Shown: positions 8,476 through 18,199, counted from the stretch's first letter. The stretch is DNA of 34,598 bases from an uncultured archaeon (GCA_964458565.1 CAYWJO010000037.1:1-34598), one strand, 5' to 3'. The notes: generated from the sequence alone by a model not told the origin. Numbers and translations: made by a program.

Positions 8476-9375
8476 TTGCAAAGTGATCCATTTTCATTAC
8501 TTCAAATGTGGTTGGAATCGATACTAGCACCCTTTAATCTACAGGGTCTTGCGCCGTTTATAGCAATCATTCCCGTACTTATCATGATCTATATTGCTTA
8601 TCTGATAGTTGTGCGAACCGCAAAAATATCCTTCAGGAAAGTTGATGCATCCCGAGAAGCAACAAGTGGTGTTATCTTTGCATTGCGCATGATTTTCTTC
8701 ATTCTTGCATTAACCGCCATTCTTGCAGCTGCTCAAGTCATACAAGGTGATACAGCGATTACAATAACTGCATTGGCGGGTACTGCCTTGGGTCTTGCAT
8801 TTTCAAAGGCGCTTTCCAACCTTGTTTCAGGTATCTACGTCCTTGCAGCAAGGCCTTTTCGAGTAGGCGATTATATCAAGATTGGCGATACTGAAGGGCT
8901 TGTATTGGAAATCACTCTCAATTATACGCGTCTTCTACAATCAGACTTCACTAGAAAATTCGTTCCGAACAGTAAAGTCGTTGATACAGATGTCATAAAC
9001 TACAGAGTTAGAATTGATGACTACGTTCTGGAGCGTGGTATTGAGTATGTGGATACGTCTGATCCTGAAACTAAGATTGGATATGCTATGGAGAAATTAA
9101 AATACCTGACAAAAGGAGAAGAAATTTATCGATATACTTTTGATATATTTGTTCACAAAGACTACCCATTAGAAAAAGTCGAAGCTCAATTTGAAAGTCT
9201 CTGCAATGAATGGAGATTCAAGTTTACTGAGAGACCAGAGTACTTCTACCTATCAAATCAAAACTTCGGTATCATCTATCGATTCGCATTTATAACCAAA
9301 GATCCAAAAGTAATTTTGACTGATGGTGCGGATTTTCAGACTGCATTAGCTCGTTCACTATTCCTGATGGAGTAA
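8476..9375 (+). CDS. mscS: Small-conductance mechanosensitive channel (MscS family)
   Basis: LGLAFSKALSNLVSGIYVLAARPFRVGDYIKIG...EGLVLEITLNYT...VPNS. The start is probably TTG 8476 after AGGAGG rather than ATG 8353. Confidence 0.85.
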   Translation: MQSDPFSLLQMWLESILAPFNLQGLAPFIAIIPVLIMIYIAYLIVVRTAKISFRKVDASREATSGVIFALRMIFFILALTAILAAAQVIQGDTAITITALAGTALGLAFSKALSNLVSGIYVLAARPFRVGDYIKIGDTEGLVLEITLNYTRLLQSDFTRKFVPNSKVVDTDVINYRVRIDDYVLERGIEYVDTSDPETKIGYAMEKLKYLTKGEEIYRYTFDIFVHKDYPLEKVEAQFESLCNEWRFKFTERPEYFYLSNQNFGIIYRFAFITKDPKVILTDGADFQTALARSLFLME

Positions 9376-9425
9376 AACTCCGGATTTGAAAAATTGCAAA
9401 TATCAGATTATTGCAGCAGGTCGAA

Positions 9426-10265
9426 TCAAAGCTTCTGACAAGTTGGGCAGAAATACGTTGGACCGCCTGCAAATTGAAATCGCTCAATGATAGTTCCACA
9501 TTGATTACAAGGTTTGTCTCTCATATGAGAACCAACAGATGGAATGTACTTCCCAGATTGTCCAAACAAATTGGTAAACTCAAATTTACCATGTTTGTTA
9601 ATGCGATTCTTTACAACCTTCTTAATGGTTGTGTAGAGAACCTTTCGTTCTTGAGATGAAAGTGAAGATGTCTTTCTCTTTGGATGTAATTTCGCTTGAT
9701 GTGCAATTTCTTGGAAGCCAGCATTTCCAAATCCCATTACAACTGCAGTTTTTCCAACGAGAGCCAATTTGATATATTGATTCTTCTCATCGAGTGCCCC
9801 AGAGAAGGTTTTCAGAGTGAATGTTTCATCAAGAGGTGAGTTTCCTTGAGAATCTCGACGATATACATAGACATTTTGTAGATCCGAATCCTTTGAGAAA
9901 TAAACTAGACCATATCCCTTTAATCGAACAGTGAAGAGCGTTCCATCTGAGAATTCGATAGAGAGATGGTATTCTTTAGGAATCGATTCAGAACTCTCAT
10001 GATATCGCAACTCACCTCCACCTTCGGGAGCAAGAAGCAAATTGGAATTCTTATCTAATTTAATTTGGATTACAATTCCAATTGGTACAACTTCAACTAT
10101 TTTTCTTCCAATCAACGAATCGTAGTCAGATGTATTCTTATTGAAGAAGCTACTCTTCTGTAGCTTCTCGTAGTTTTTCAATGAGTAGGACACGATTTTC
10201 TTTCCAACTAGATATTCATTCATTTGATGAGAGAGGATAACAACTTCAGGTAGCTCTATACTCAT
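9426..10265 (-). CDS. Fpg/Nei (MutM)-family protein with H2TH and C4 zinc finger, catalytic residues altered
   Basis: N-terminal IELPEV, H2TH-like GFGNAGFQEIAHQAKLHP, zinc finger PCNQCG...YFCPTCQ. Confidence 0.85.
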   Translation of the reverse strand: MSIELPEVVILSHQMNEYLVGKKIVSYSLKNYEKLQKSSFFNKNTSDYDSLIGRKIVEVVPIGIVIQIKLDKNSNLLLAPEGGGELRYHESSESIPKEYHLSIEFSDGTLFTVRLKGYGLVYFSKDSDLQNVYVYRRDSQGNSPLDETFTLKTFSGALDEKNQYIKLALVGKTAVVMGFGNAGFQEIAHQAKLHPKRKTSSLSSQERKVLYTTIKKVVKNRINKHGKFEFTNLFGQSGKYIPSVGSHMRDKPCNQCGTIIERFQFAGGPTYFCPTCQKL

Positions 10266-10284
10266 ATATTTCCCAACCTTCAGT

Positions 10285-11343
10285 TCATGATAGCCATCCT
10301 GTCTTTTTAAAATAAACCGCCAATATGATGGTAATACAGAACATTAAGATGAGTACGATGGGATATCCGTAAACCCATTGTGTCTCCGGGATGTAAAAAT
10401 TCATTCCATATATACTGGCTATCAGCGTCAATGGTATGAATATTGTAGATATCACCGTTAGGAGTTTCATTACTTCATTCATTCTGTTGCTGATACTGGA
10501 GAGATAAATATCCATCATGGAGGTGAGCGAATCTCTGTAGGTTTCAACTATGTCAGTTGCGCGGATGACGTGATCATAAAGGTCTCTGAGAAAGACCAGT
10601 GTATTCTCGTGAATCAGACCAATCTCATCTCTATTGAATCTTGAAACTACTTCACGTAGTGGCCAGATATGTCTCCGAGAATATAGAATTGCTCGTTTGA
10701 GAGCGTACAATTTTTCTAATGTAATAGTTCTAGGAGACGCAATAATATCATCCTCCAAATCTTCAATTTTCTCACCCAGAACCTCCAAAACAATGAAGTA
10801 ATTGTCTACGATGAGATCTAATAATGCATACGTGAGGTAATCTGAACTTTGACTTCGAATTCTAGTTCTCTCTGCTCTGATACGTTCAACTACTGGTTCA
10901 AAATTTGGATTTGTTGACTCTTGAAATGATAAGACATAATTCACTCCAACTAGGAAAGCGATTTGTTCAGAGGAAATTAAATCCGGACCATCATCAAGGT
11001 GAATCGCTCGAGCAACAATGAACACACCATCACCATAAATCTCCACTTTTGGTCGTTGTCTGGTGTTAACTAAATCCTCAACAACTAGTGGGTGAATGTT
11101 GAAATTTGCACCTATTTGTTCTATCATCTCAGATTTGTGAACTCCACCAACATGTATCCAACGAATGACACCTTTTGGTGGAGGTATGCATTCTTCCGAA
11201 GAAGTTACTTTCAATTCTGTAAAATTATCCGGTGAGAAATCAATTATGCGGATTTCTATTTCTCTACTAGTATATTTTCCCGTAAAAATCGGAGATCCTG
11301 GAGGTAATCCTGGAAGCTTACTTTTTCTATTCTTAATACTCAT
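10285..11343 (-). CDS. corA: Magnesium/cobalt transporter CorA
   Basis: GLPPGS N-terminus, HPLVVED...QRPKVE, YGMNF signature between two C-terminal TM helices. Confidence 0.95.
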   Translation of the reverse strand: MSIKNRKSKLPGLPPGSPIFTGKYTSREIEIRIIDFSPDNFTELKVTSSEECIPPPKGVIRWIHVGGVHKSEMIEQIGANFNIHPLVVEDLVNTRQRPKVEIYGDGVFIVARAIHLDDGPDLISSEQIAFLVGVNYVLSFQESTNPNFEPVVERIRAERTRIRSQSSDYLTYALLDLIVDNYFIVLEVLGEKIEDLEDDIIASPRTITLEKLYALKRAILYSRRHIWPLREVVSRFNRDEIGLIHENTLVFLRDLYDHVIRATDIVETYRDSLTSMMDIYLSSISNRMNEVMKLLTVISTIFIPLTLIASIYGMNFYIPETQWVYGYPIVLILMFCITIILAVYFKKTGWLS

Positions 11344-11408
11344 TCAAAGACCTCACTATTCTAATAGAGGGATAGAATTTTTCTCCAAATTTGTTTTACA
11401 CTCCTAAG

Positions 11409-12446
11409 TTAAAGTTCCTTTGTAAAGAATTGAATACGATTCGCTTCTTTAAATCCAGACTTTACATATGCACCAATTGCTCGAGTGTTGATTGTTGGTG
11501 TACCCACTCTAGCATATTCAATCCCGGCTTTAAGAAATTCGTTAAAGAGCGAATGGATTAGGTAACCTGCTAATCCTTTGCGACGGTGTTCCGGAAAAAC
11601 CCCCAAGTTTCCAATAATACCAACTCGATGTTCCAGATCAGGATTTATTTCAAAACCGAGAATGTACCCAAGAGGTTGGTCATCTTTCGTTATTACACGC
11701 CACCATTCAGGAGGAGATAATCCGAAACCTCCATCGATTGTTCTCTGATGTATTGCTCGAATATGTTCTGGATTTGTAACTGCTTCATCCCATCCATGAA
11801 TTTGAAGATCTTCAGGTGTAGATGCGTAAGAACGGATTGCAAAATCTATAAAATCTTCAAGTTGGAAGTCTTTGCGGGTAAGAATCTCGTAATTATTTGT
11901 CACTCTCAGAGCTGTAAGATATTGTAGATTGACTACCATCTGATATCCTTCTGGTGCGCTCATTTTGAAACCATTCCTTTGAAGAGTATCAAAATGCCAT
12001 TCAACATTCTGTTTTGAAGCATATTTGATGGATGACGTTAGAGTAGTAATGCCTCTATTCTTCAAATAGTATTCTTGATATTCAAGTAACGCATCTCCAA
12101 TATTTGTATATTTGAAAGGGTCTGGAACTCCAGGCATCATGATACCATTGCGTGCATGATTATTACGACACGTGAATTCTAAAATGCCTAGGCCATTTCC
12201 ATCCTCATCCTTTGCTATCAAGTAGATGTGATTCTCATCATTGAATTCATTAATCAACTCCTCACGTTCTATATTTGCATTATAATCTGCTGGGTTTGGA
12301 TCGGTGAACCAGGAAAATTGTCCTAGTGAGGAATCCCAGATTAATCCAAACTCATCCCAACTTTCAGCATGAGAAATTTTGTAATTCATAAAATCTCGAA
12401 TCCACAAAGTAGAACATCCATATAGATTTGACTCTAATTTTATCAT
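11409..12446 (-). CDS. Tandem-domain GNAT family N-acetyltransferase (start may be ATG 12389)
   Basis: C-terminal motif A LGVFPEHRRKGLA and NTRAIGAYVKSGF; degenerate N-terminal copy PGVPDPFKYTNIGDALL...LQRNGF. Confidence 0.85.
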   Translation of the reverse strand: MIKLESNLYGCSTLWIRDFMNYKISHAESWDEFGLIWDSSLGQFSWFTDPNPADYNANIEREELINEFNDENHIYLIAKDEDGNGLGILEFTCRNNHARNGIMMPGVPDPFKYTNIGDALLEYQEYYLKNRGITTLTSSIKYASKQNVEWHFDTLQRNGFKMSAPEGYQMVVNLQYLTALRVTNNYEILTRKDFQLEDFIDFAIRSYASTPEDLQIHGWDEAVTNPEHIRAIHQRTIDGGFGLSPPEWWRVITKDDQPLGYILGFEINPDLEHRVGIIGNLGVFPEHRRKGLAGYLIHSLFNEFLKAGIEYARVGTPTINTRAIGAYVKSGFKEANRIQFFTKEL

Positions 12447-12584
12447 ATTTTGGAGAATTAACTAGGTAAACAAGTTAACTATGTATTTAAGTGTGCATTA
12501 AAAACCATTCTTAGAACAAAGGTTTTTTATATGTAGTAAGTAATAGATTTACTATTGTATAACAAAACACAATGAGGAGATTAT

Positions 12585-13523
12585 ATGGACGTAGTATACA
12601 AAAAATGGGAATCCGGAAAAGGTTTGGAGGAAATCCAAGCTAATATATACACTGAGGTTTCAGGATTACCTGCTAGACCTGAGGAAATTGGTCCAAGGAA
12701 TGATGAACGTGGGTCAGATATGACTCGCTATGTGCTAACGAAAAGTAATGAACCCCTCGCTTATGTCACATCATGGGAATCGTCTGATGAACCAGGTCGA
12801 TTTGGGATTGGTTACCCATGGTCTCTCTCCAATTGCCCCAAAGAAGCAAAAGAAAGAATTTTCACTGAACAATTGAACTATCTGAAATCGAAGGACGGTT
12901 GCAAGGAGTTAAGAACAGTTGTCGTTTTAGCATCGAAAACAGCTGATGATCAGATTGAGTTCTTCGAAGATCAGGGTTTTGTTGAGACTGAGAGAATTTA
13001 TCGGTACAACAAAGATCTTGCCCCTCATGACTCTAGTAAATTTGAAGTAAAAGGTAAAGCATCAAAACTGACAGCTCGTCAAGCAACGAATGACTATGTA
13101 GATACTCTAATCGAACTCCTCCATTCAGATCCTAGAATACGTAATGCATTTCCAACTGAAGAAGGCGCTAGAGGTTACTTCGAAGGTAGAGTACTCGCAG
13201 ACGGCCATGCCTTAATACTCTTTGAAGATGATATTGCCGTTGCTGCAAGTGCACTCTTAAAGTACGAACCTGACAATTTCTTTCTGAGTGCAGATTCTAC
13301 TAGAATTATTCCACGCTTTGTTGCTATTAGACCCGGTTATAACTTTGCATGGACCCGTCTCTTGGTTGAATTGTCGAAAGAAGCAATAAATGCAGGATGG
13401 AAAGATATTCCAATACGAGTAAACTTTGGATTTGAAACGAGCGACCCATCTGCCATAACACTAGCAGAGACCCAAGATGAACTTCAAACTTTTGAAATTG
13501 TTATGACTCTACCAATGGAATAG
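12585..13523 (+). CDS. Hypothetical protein, probable degenerate tandem GNAT fold
   Basis: 312 aa, preceded by GAGGAG. IEFFEDQGF, LTARQATNDYVDTLIEL and FVAIRPGY..AWTRLL resemble GNAT elements. Confidence 0.6.
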   Translation: MDVVYKKWESGKGLEEIQANIYTEVSGLPARPEEIGPRNDERGSDMTRYVLTKSNEPLAYVTSWESSDEPGRFGIGYPWSLSNCPKEAKERIFTEQLNYLKSKDGCKELRTVVVLASKTADDQIEFFEDQGFVETERIYRYNKDLAPHDSSKFEVKGKASKLTARQATNDYVDTLIELLHSDPRIRNAFPTEEGARGYFEGRVLADGHALILFEDDIAVAASALLKYEPDNFFLSADSTRIIPRFVAIRPGYNFAWTRLLVELSKEAINAGWKDIPIRVNFGFETSDPSAITLAETQDELQTFEIVMTLPME

Positions 13524-13536
13524 AATCCGGGGGTGT

Positions 13537-14142
13537 ATTGAGGTAGAATCTACAAGCTCAACACAAGTCTTAGGGATAATTGGTAGTCCCAGAATAGGAG
13601 GAAATACTGACACTTTGGTTAATGCAGTCCTCTCTAGTTGTCATGATAATGGCGCAATTACACATAGAGTCGTTCTTGATGAACTAATAATCCTTCCTTG
13701 CAAAGCATGTGATGGTTGTCAAGATTCGAGAAGTTGCATTCACGAGGATGATATGCAAGAAATCCTTACACTCATGGAGCAAAGCGATATCTGGATTCTT
13801 GGAACACCGATTTACTGGTGGGGGCCAACTGCACAGATGAAGACATTCATTGATAGATGGTACGGTGTCAAACAGTCACTCTTTCAAGGTAAGAAGATAT
13901 TGCTTGTCGTGTCAATGGGTGGTGGTAATGAGTATTATTCTCGACATGTTATAGGAATGTTTGAGGATATCTGCAATTATCTAGGTATGGATTTCCTTGA
14001 TCCCTTAATCGCACCACGAATGAGGACTAAGAATTCTGCGATAGAGGTATCATCCCTTCTTGATCGGGCAAAAGACTTGGGATCAATGATTTTGACATCA
14101 ACATGTCGTTGTAATGAGAACGTTAAAGGTTCTATAGCATAG
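13537..14142 (+). CDS. Flavodoxin-fold NADPH-dependent FMN reductase / iron-sulfur flavoprotein; start uncertain
   Basis: PCKACDGC...CIHEDDM, LGTPIYW, MKTFIDR. The conserved N-terminal VLGIIGSPRIGGNT lies in frame at 13567-13608, upstream of the ORF-track TTG at 13615. Confidence 0.85.
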   Translation: MEVESTSSTQVLGIIGSPRIGGNTDTLVNAVLSSCHDNGAITHRVVLDELIILPCKACDGCQDSRSCIHEDDMQEILTLMEQSDIWILGTPIYWWGPTAQMKTFIDRWYGVKQSLFQGKKILLVVSMGGGNEYYSRHVIGMFEDICNYLGMDFLDPLIAPRMRTKNSAIEVSSLLDRAKDLGSMILTSTCRCNENVKGSIA

Positions 14143-14160
14143 GAGGGAACACCCTCCTAT
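14139..14160. terminator. Hairpin between convergent genes
   Basis: Perfect 9-bp stem ATAGGAGGG-AACA-CCCTCCTAT overlapping the flavoprotein stop and lying just past the eutA stop. Confidence 0.6.
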
Positions 14161-14168
14161 CAATCTCA

Positions 14169-15638
14169 TCAAGATGAATTCTTATCAAAAACCAATGTTT
14201 TGATTACAACAGGAACCACAACATTCTCAATAATGGGCTCTCCGATATCAACAAAATCGCCTTCAGCAAGATCAATCTCATCAATTGAGAGAACTTCATT
14301 GATAATTCCAGTTTCACGTCTCATCACATTTCCAACACTGTTCCCGATATCCCCTGTGAAACACATCATAATGGGTTTACCAGATTTCACAGTATTTGGA
14401 AGTCCTCTAATGACTCCTTTGGCAAATATCGTGAGATTCTCATATGATGGTCTTACAGCATCACGAAAAGCTAGTAGAATTCTATCCTCCCCCTCGATAA
14501 TATCAAATCTCTTGAAGGCATCCTCTATCGCATCTGCCACTTCCTCAATTGTTAGTTTTCCAAGAGGTAAGGTTGGGACTATCACCGGTAAGTTACGTAA
14601 GGGATATTCTAACCCAGCTGAAAGAAAAGTTGTTGAGCCACTCACATGAAGGCTTGATTGCCCAGCTCCGATTACTGTAGCTCGTATTCGATGGTGCGGT
14701 TCTGAAAGTGGAAGATTTTCTCTCTCGACCACAGCTATAATTTCATTAGCTAGATGCTGTCCTAGATCTCCGTAGGATTTGTTCTCTTTTCCATAAATAT
14801 ACTCGGCGACTCCTCCTGAAAATGTTAGTCTATCAATCTCATATCCTAACTCAAGTGGGGGAGTCATCATCAGCATTTTTCCAATAATACTTGATGGAGT
14901 TCCGGTTATAGCCTCAAGTAGTGCATCTGCTAAAGCCTTGGATAAAGATTGGATTATTTGTTCTGAGAGACGGTCCCCGAGGGATAACTCAAATCCAAGC
15001 TCTAACGCGATTTTATATCCAGTATTCTCTAACCTTATGATGCATCCATTCTCATCTATTGCAACCAACCTTCCACCAACATTTGTTGCAGCAGTTTCTA
15101 CTACTCGCCCATTTTTACAGACTGCAATATTCGAAGAACCCCCACCAACATCAACATTCATTATTGTAAGTCCTGTCTCCTCTGATTCAGCTACAGCTCC
15201 TGAACCGAATGCAGCTAAAACAGATTCAAAATTAGGGCCTGCAGTTGCAGCAACAAATTTACCGGTTTCATCAGCGAGTAGTCTCACAATTTCATCAGCA
15301 TTTTCCTTCTTCGCAGTTTCGCCTGTTACTATGACAGCTCCTGTATCGATTTCTGATATCTCAAATCCTGCATTTTGGTAGTCAGCAAGTATCAGTTCTC
15401 TTAGATGTTTGAAATCAATATTCTGAGGATCAATGAATGGGGTGAGATGAATAGGACCTGAATGAATAATCTCACGTTTCTTAATTTCGAATTTTTCAGT
15501 TCTACTATGGGGATCTTTCTCAAGAAGGAGCCTACTGAAAACAACATGGGAAGTCGAAGAACCCACATCTACTCCAACACTAATCAAAGATTTGCTGGTG
15601 GTCTTTACGTACAAACACTCTTCGCCTCTGTTTGTCAC
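14169..15638 (-). CDS. eutA: Ethanolamine ammonia-lyase reactivating factor EutA (ASKHA ATPase)
   Basis: SVGVDVGSSTSHVVFSRL, IDTGAVIVTGETAKKENA, FVAATAGPNFESVLA, NVDVGGGSSN, FSGGVAEYI, IRATVIGAG, VPVVIKTLVF. Confidence 0.9.
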   Translation of the reverse strand: MTNRGEECLYVKTTSKSLISVGVDVGSSTSHVVFSRLLLEKDPHSRTEKFEIKKREIIHSGPIHLTPFIDPQNIDFKHLRELILADYQNAGFEISEIDTGAVIVTGETAKKENADEIVRLLADETGKFVAATAGPNFESVLAAFGSGAVAESEETGLTIMNVDVGGGSSNIAVCKNGRVVETAATNVGGRLVAIDENGCIIRLENTGYKIALELGFELSLGDRLSEQIIQSLSKALADALLEAITGTPSSIIGKMLMMTPPLELGYEIDRLTFSGGVAEYIYGKENKSYGDLGQHLANEIIAVVERENLPLSEPHHRIRATVIGAGQSSLHVSGSTTFLSAGLEYPLRNLPVIVPTLPLGKLTIEEVADAIEDAFKRFDIIEGEDRILLAFRDAVRPSYENLTIFAKGVIRGLPNTVKSGKPIMMCFTGDIGNSVGNVMRRETGIINEVLSIDEIDLAEGDFVDIGEPIIENVVVPVVIKTLVFDKNSS

Positions 15639-15737
15639 GCGGAAAAAATTGAGCCTTTTAGGTTTGTCATTAGGGCGATGGATTTTCCGCCTTCGACATT
15701 TTCATTAGCAACGATAAACATCCAAATATGAACGATT

Positions 15738-16250
15738 ATGGACATCTCGGAAGTAATTAAAAAACGAAGAAGTATCAGAAAATACCTCTCGAAAGAAGTG
15801 GAGGAGGAAAAAATTCGTAAGGTGTTAGAGGGAGCTAGATGGGCACCTTCTGCATCAAATAAACAGCCATGGCATTTTATTGTTGTTAGAAATTCTGAAA
15901 CCAGAAAGAAGTTAGCTGATTTGCATAGCTATGGACGTTTTATGGCGGAATCACCTGTTGTGATAATTGTGTTAGGAGACCCATCTAAACATCAGAAATA
16001 TCATCTTGCTGATCCACATAATGCTGTGGAAAATATGATTCTCCAAGCTTGCTCATTAGGTCTCTCAACATGCTGGATTGGAGTTCGAGATACAGACGTT
16101 GAGGATGACTTCAAACAAATCTTGGTAATACCTAGTGAGCTAAGAGTTATCTGTGCTGTTGCAATGGGATATTCCGATATGGAACGCGAGAGCTCACGAG
16201 TACCTTTCGATGACATTGTATCATGGGAATCTTTTGGTAATAAGGGTTAG
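15738..16250 (+). CDS. Nitroreductase family protein
   Basis: IKKRRSIRKY, ARWAPSASNKQPWHF, ENMILQACSLGLSTCWIG. Confidence 0.92.
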   Translation: MDISEVIKKRRSIRKYLSKEVEEEKIRKVLEGARWAPSASNKQPWHFIVVRNSETRKKLADLHSYGRFMAESPVVIIVLGDPSKHQKYHLADPHNAVENMILQACSLGLSTCWIGVRDTDVEDDFKQILVIPSELRVICAVAMGYSDMERESSRVPFDDIVSWESFGNKG

Positions 16251-16738
16251 ACTGAGATTATCACTTCCTTGGATTTCTTTCCACTCATCTCGTGGATTGA
16301 AATCCTGCCAATACCTACTCTTGCTAGGGATTTCTTTGTGATCTGTTTCTCAGCTACCTTTGCAGGTTCTTCCTCAAGTTGACTAATCATTACCATTAGT
16401 GCGAGCCGCTTTTCATCCACGTCTGTGATTATCTCTACTTCCCCACTAAATTGAACGGTCGCGTAAAAATGATCGCAAGCACCTTGTATGTATCCGTAAT
16501 CTACGAGAGCCTGTCCCCAAATTCTGTTATTTTTTTGGAGAATGTCAATTTTTTTCCCCTCTTGAGCACAATGAAAATAGATACAATTCCGTTCCTGGTC
16601 ATAACCATGACTCAGTGTCACAAGGTATGGCATATTTTTATCACACATTGCAATGGTGACATACTTTGCAGCCTTTAGGAGTGAGATCATTTCATTACGA
16701 TCTGTAATTGCCTTCTCTTTCCTTCGGATATCCCGCAT
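16247..16738 (-). CDS. Pyridoxamine 5'-phosphate oxidase-like (NimA-type) flavin-binding protein
   Basis: IRRKEKAI, PYLVTLSHGY, IYFHCAQEGKKIDIL, MSGK. Confidence 0.88.
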   Translation of the reverse strand: MRDIRRKEKAITDRNEMISLLKAAKYVTIAMCDKNMPYLVTLSHGYDQERNCIYFHCAQEGKKIDILQKNNRIWGQALVDYGYIQGACDHFYATVQFSGEVEIITDVDEKRLALMVMISQLEEEPAKVAEKQITKKSLARVGIGRISIHEMSGKKSKEVIISV

Positions 16739-16756
16739 AGATTAATCCTCTCAATA

Positions 16757-17113
16757 TCATACCCTGAATTTTCGTTTGATGCTTCCTTGATTCAAATAGA
16801 CTACAATAATGAGATTGATGATTAATGTCAACCAGCTGATACTTGGATAAGATAGAACCGATATCAAGAGGTTCAATAATGCGAAGAACATATCAACCCA
16901 CCAAGCCCAAGACATAAGGGAAAATAGACCAAACCCAAGAATTATGTAAAATAATCCAATTATGATCGCTGCGCCTTCAATACTTGTTAACCACGGTCCT
17001 ACGATTAAATTGCCATATCCACTAAGTAATGACAAAGAACCTAGGATCATGAGAATACCAACTAACATGTTAAGGACTGCTAGTATAGCTACACCTGCTG
17101 GAACTTTCGCCAA
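16757..17113 (-). CDS. Small 4-TM membrane protein of unknown function
   Basis: AGGTGA RBS then TTG; PAGVAILAVL...GFGLFSLMSWAW...IIVVYLNQ..IKRKF. Confidence 0.75.
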   Translation of the reverse strand: MAKVPAGVAILAVLNMLVGILMILGSLSLLSGYGNLIVGPWLTSIEGAAIIIGLFYIILGFGLFSLMSWAWWVDMFFALLNLLISVLSYPSISWLTLIINLIIVVYLNQGSIKRKFRV

Positions 17114-17221
17114 CTTGATTCACCTTAGCCGTGTATGAATCGCAATATACATCTTATCTTTTTCGGAATAATCTTGAGCTGTTTCGATTCACTTTTTGGT
17201 AGGTTTGGAGTGTAATAAGTT

Positions 17222-18199
17222 ATGATTGATATCAAGGATATAATTGAAGCATATAACAGAATTCAAGGTGCAGTAAATCACACACCTGTTTTGAAGTCGC
17301 GAACTATCAATAAAATAACCAATTGCACTGTATTTTTCAAATGTGAAAATATGCAACGCGGAGGCGCATTCAAATTTAGAGGAGCTTATAATGCAATCTC
17401 ACAGCTTAGTGAAGAAGAAAAGAATCGTGGAATAATCGCTCATTCATCTGGTAACCATGGACAGGCAGTATCCTTGGTTTCTTCACTTCTCGGCGTTAAG
17501 GCTACGATTGTAATGCCTGAGAACTCGCCTCTAGTAAAATTAATAGCTACACGCAGTTATGGTGCTGAGGTTGTATTATGTGAATCGACACCGGAAGGTA
17601 GAGTGAAAAAAACAAACGAGTTGATTGAGGAGTATAACTATTGCCTTATCCATCCCTATGATAATGAGAATATCATCGCAGGAGCAGGAACAGCAGCATA
17701 TGAGCTGGTTCAAGAAGTCGGAAAATTAGATTATATTTTCGCACCAATAGGTGGTGGAGGTTTAATTAGTGGTACTTCAATTGTTTTGAAATCTGAATGC
17801 CCTGAATCAAAAGTGATTGCCGTTGAACCTGCAAATGCAGATGATGCATTCAAATCATTTACGTCTGGCAATCTTCATCCAAGCATCAATCCAAATACTA
17901 TTGCTGATGGATTACGTACTCAGCTTTCATCTCTAACTTTCAAATATGTCCGTCAAAATGTTGATGAAATTGTATTGGTGAGTGAGGAAGAAATTCTAGA
18001 TGCTATGAGGTTATTATGGGAAAGAATGAAACTTGTTGTCGAGCCATCTGGAGCAGTTTCGCTTGCTGGGTTGATAAAGAAATCTAAGATTTTTGATAAA
18101 CATATTCCTGAATTTCCACGTGTAGGTGTAATAATTAGCGGTGGAAATATCGATTTAGAAGAGTTCTTTCTATTCTTAAGAAGAAAAATCGCAATTTAG
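17222..18199 (+). CDS. PLP-dependent Ser/Thr dehydratase / serine racemase-like enzyme (fold type II, no ACT domain)
   Basis: FKCENMQRGGAFKFRGA (PLP lysine), HSSGNHGQA, PIGGGGLISG, TIADGL, VEPSGA, ISGGN. Confidence 0.9.
   Translation: MIDIKDIIEAYNRIQGAVNHTPVLKSRTINKITNCTVFFKCENMQRGGAFKFRGAYNAISQLSEEEKNRGIIAHSSGNHGQAVSLVSSLLGVKATIVMPENSPLVKLIATRSYGAEVVLCESTPEGRVKKTNELIEEYNYCLIHPYDNENIIAGAGTAAYELVQEVGKLDYIFAPIGGGGLISGTSIVLKSECPESKVIAVEPANADDAFKSFTSGNLHPSINPNTIADGLRTQLSSLTFKYVRQNVDEIVLVSEEEILDAMRLLWERMKLVVEPSGAVSLAGLIKKSKIFDKHIPEFPRVGVIISGGNIDLEEFFLFLRRKIAI

Noticed and set aside
15673-15725. GGCGATGGATTTTCCGCC resembles the 5' half of a fluoride riboswitch
   Set aside because: No P2 stem and no (T/C)(A/G)ATGA-type 3' consensus; the downstream gene is a nitroreductase, not a fluoride exporter.
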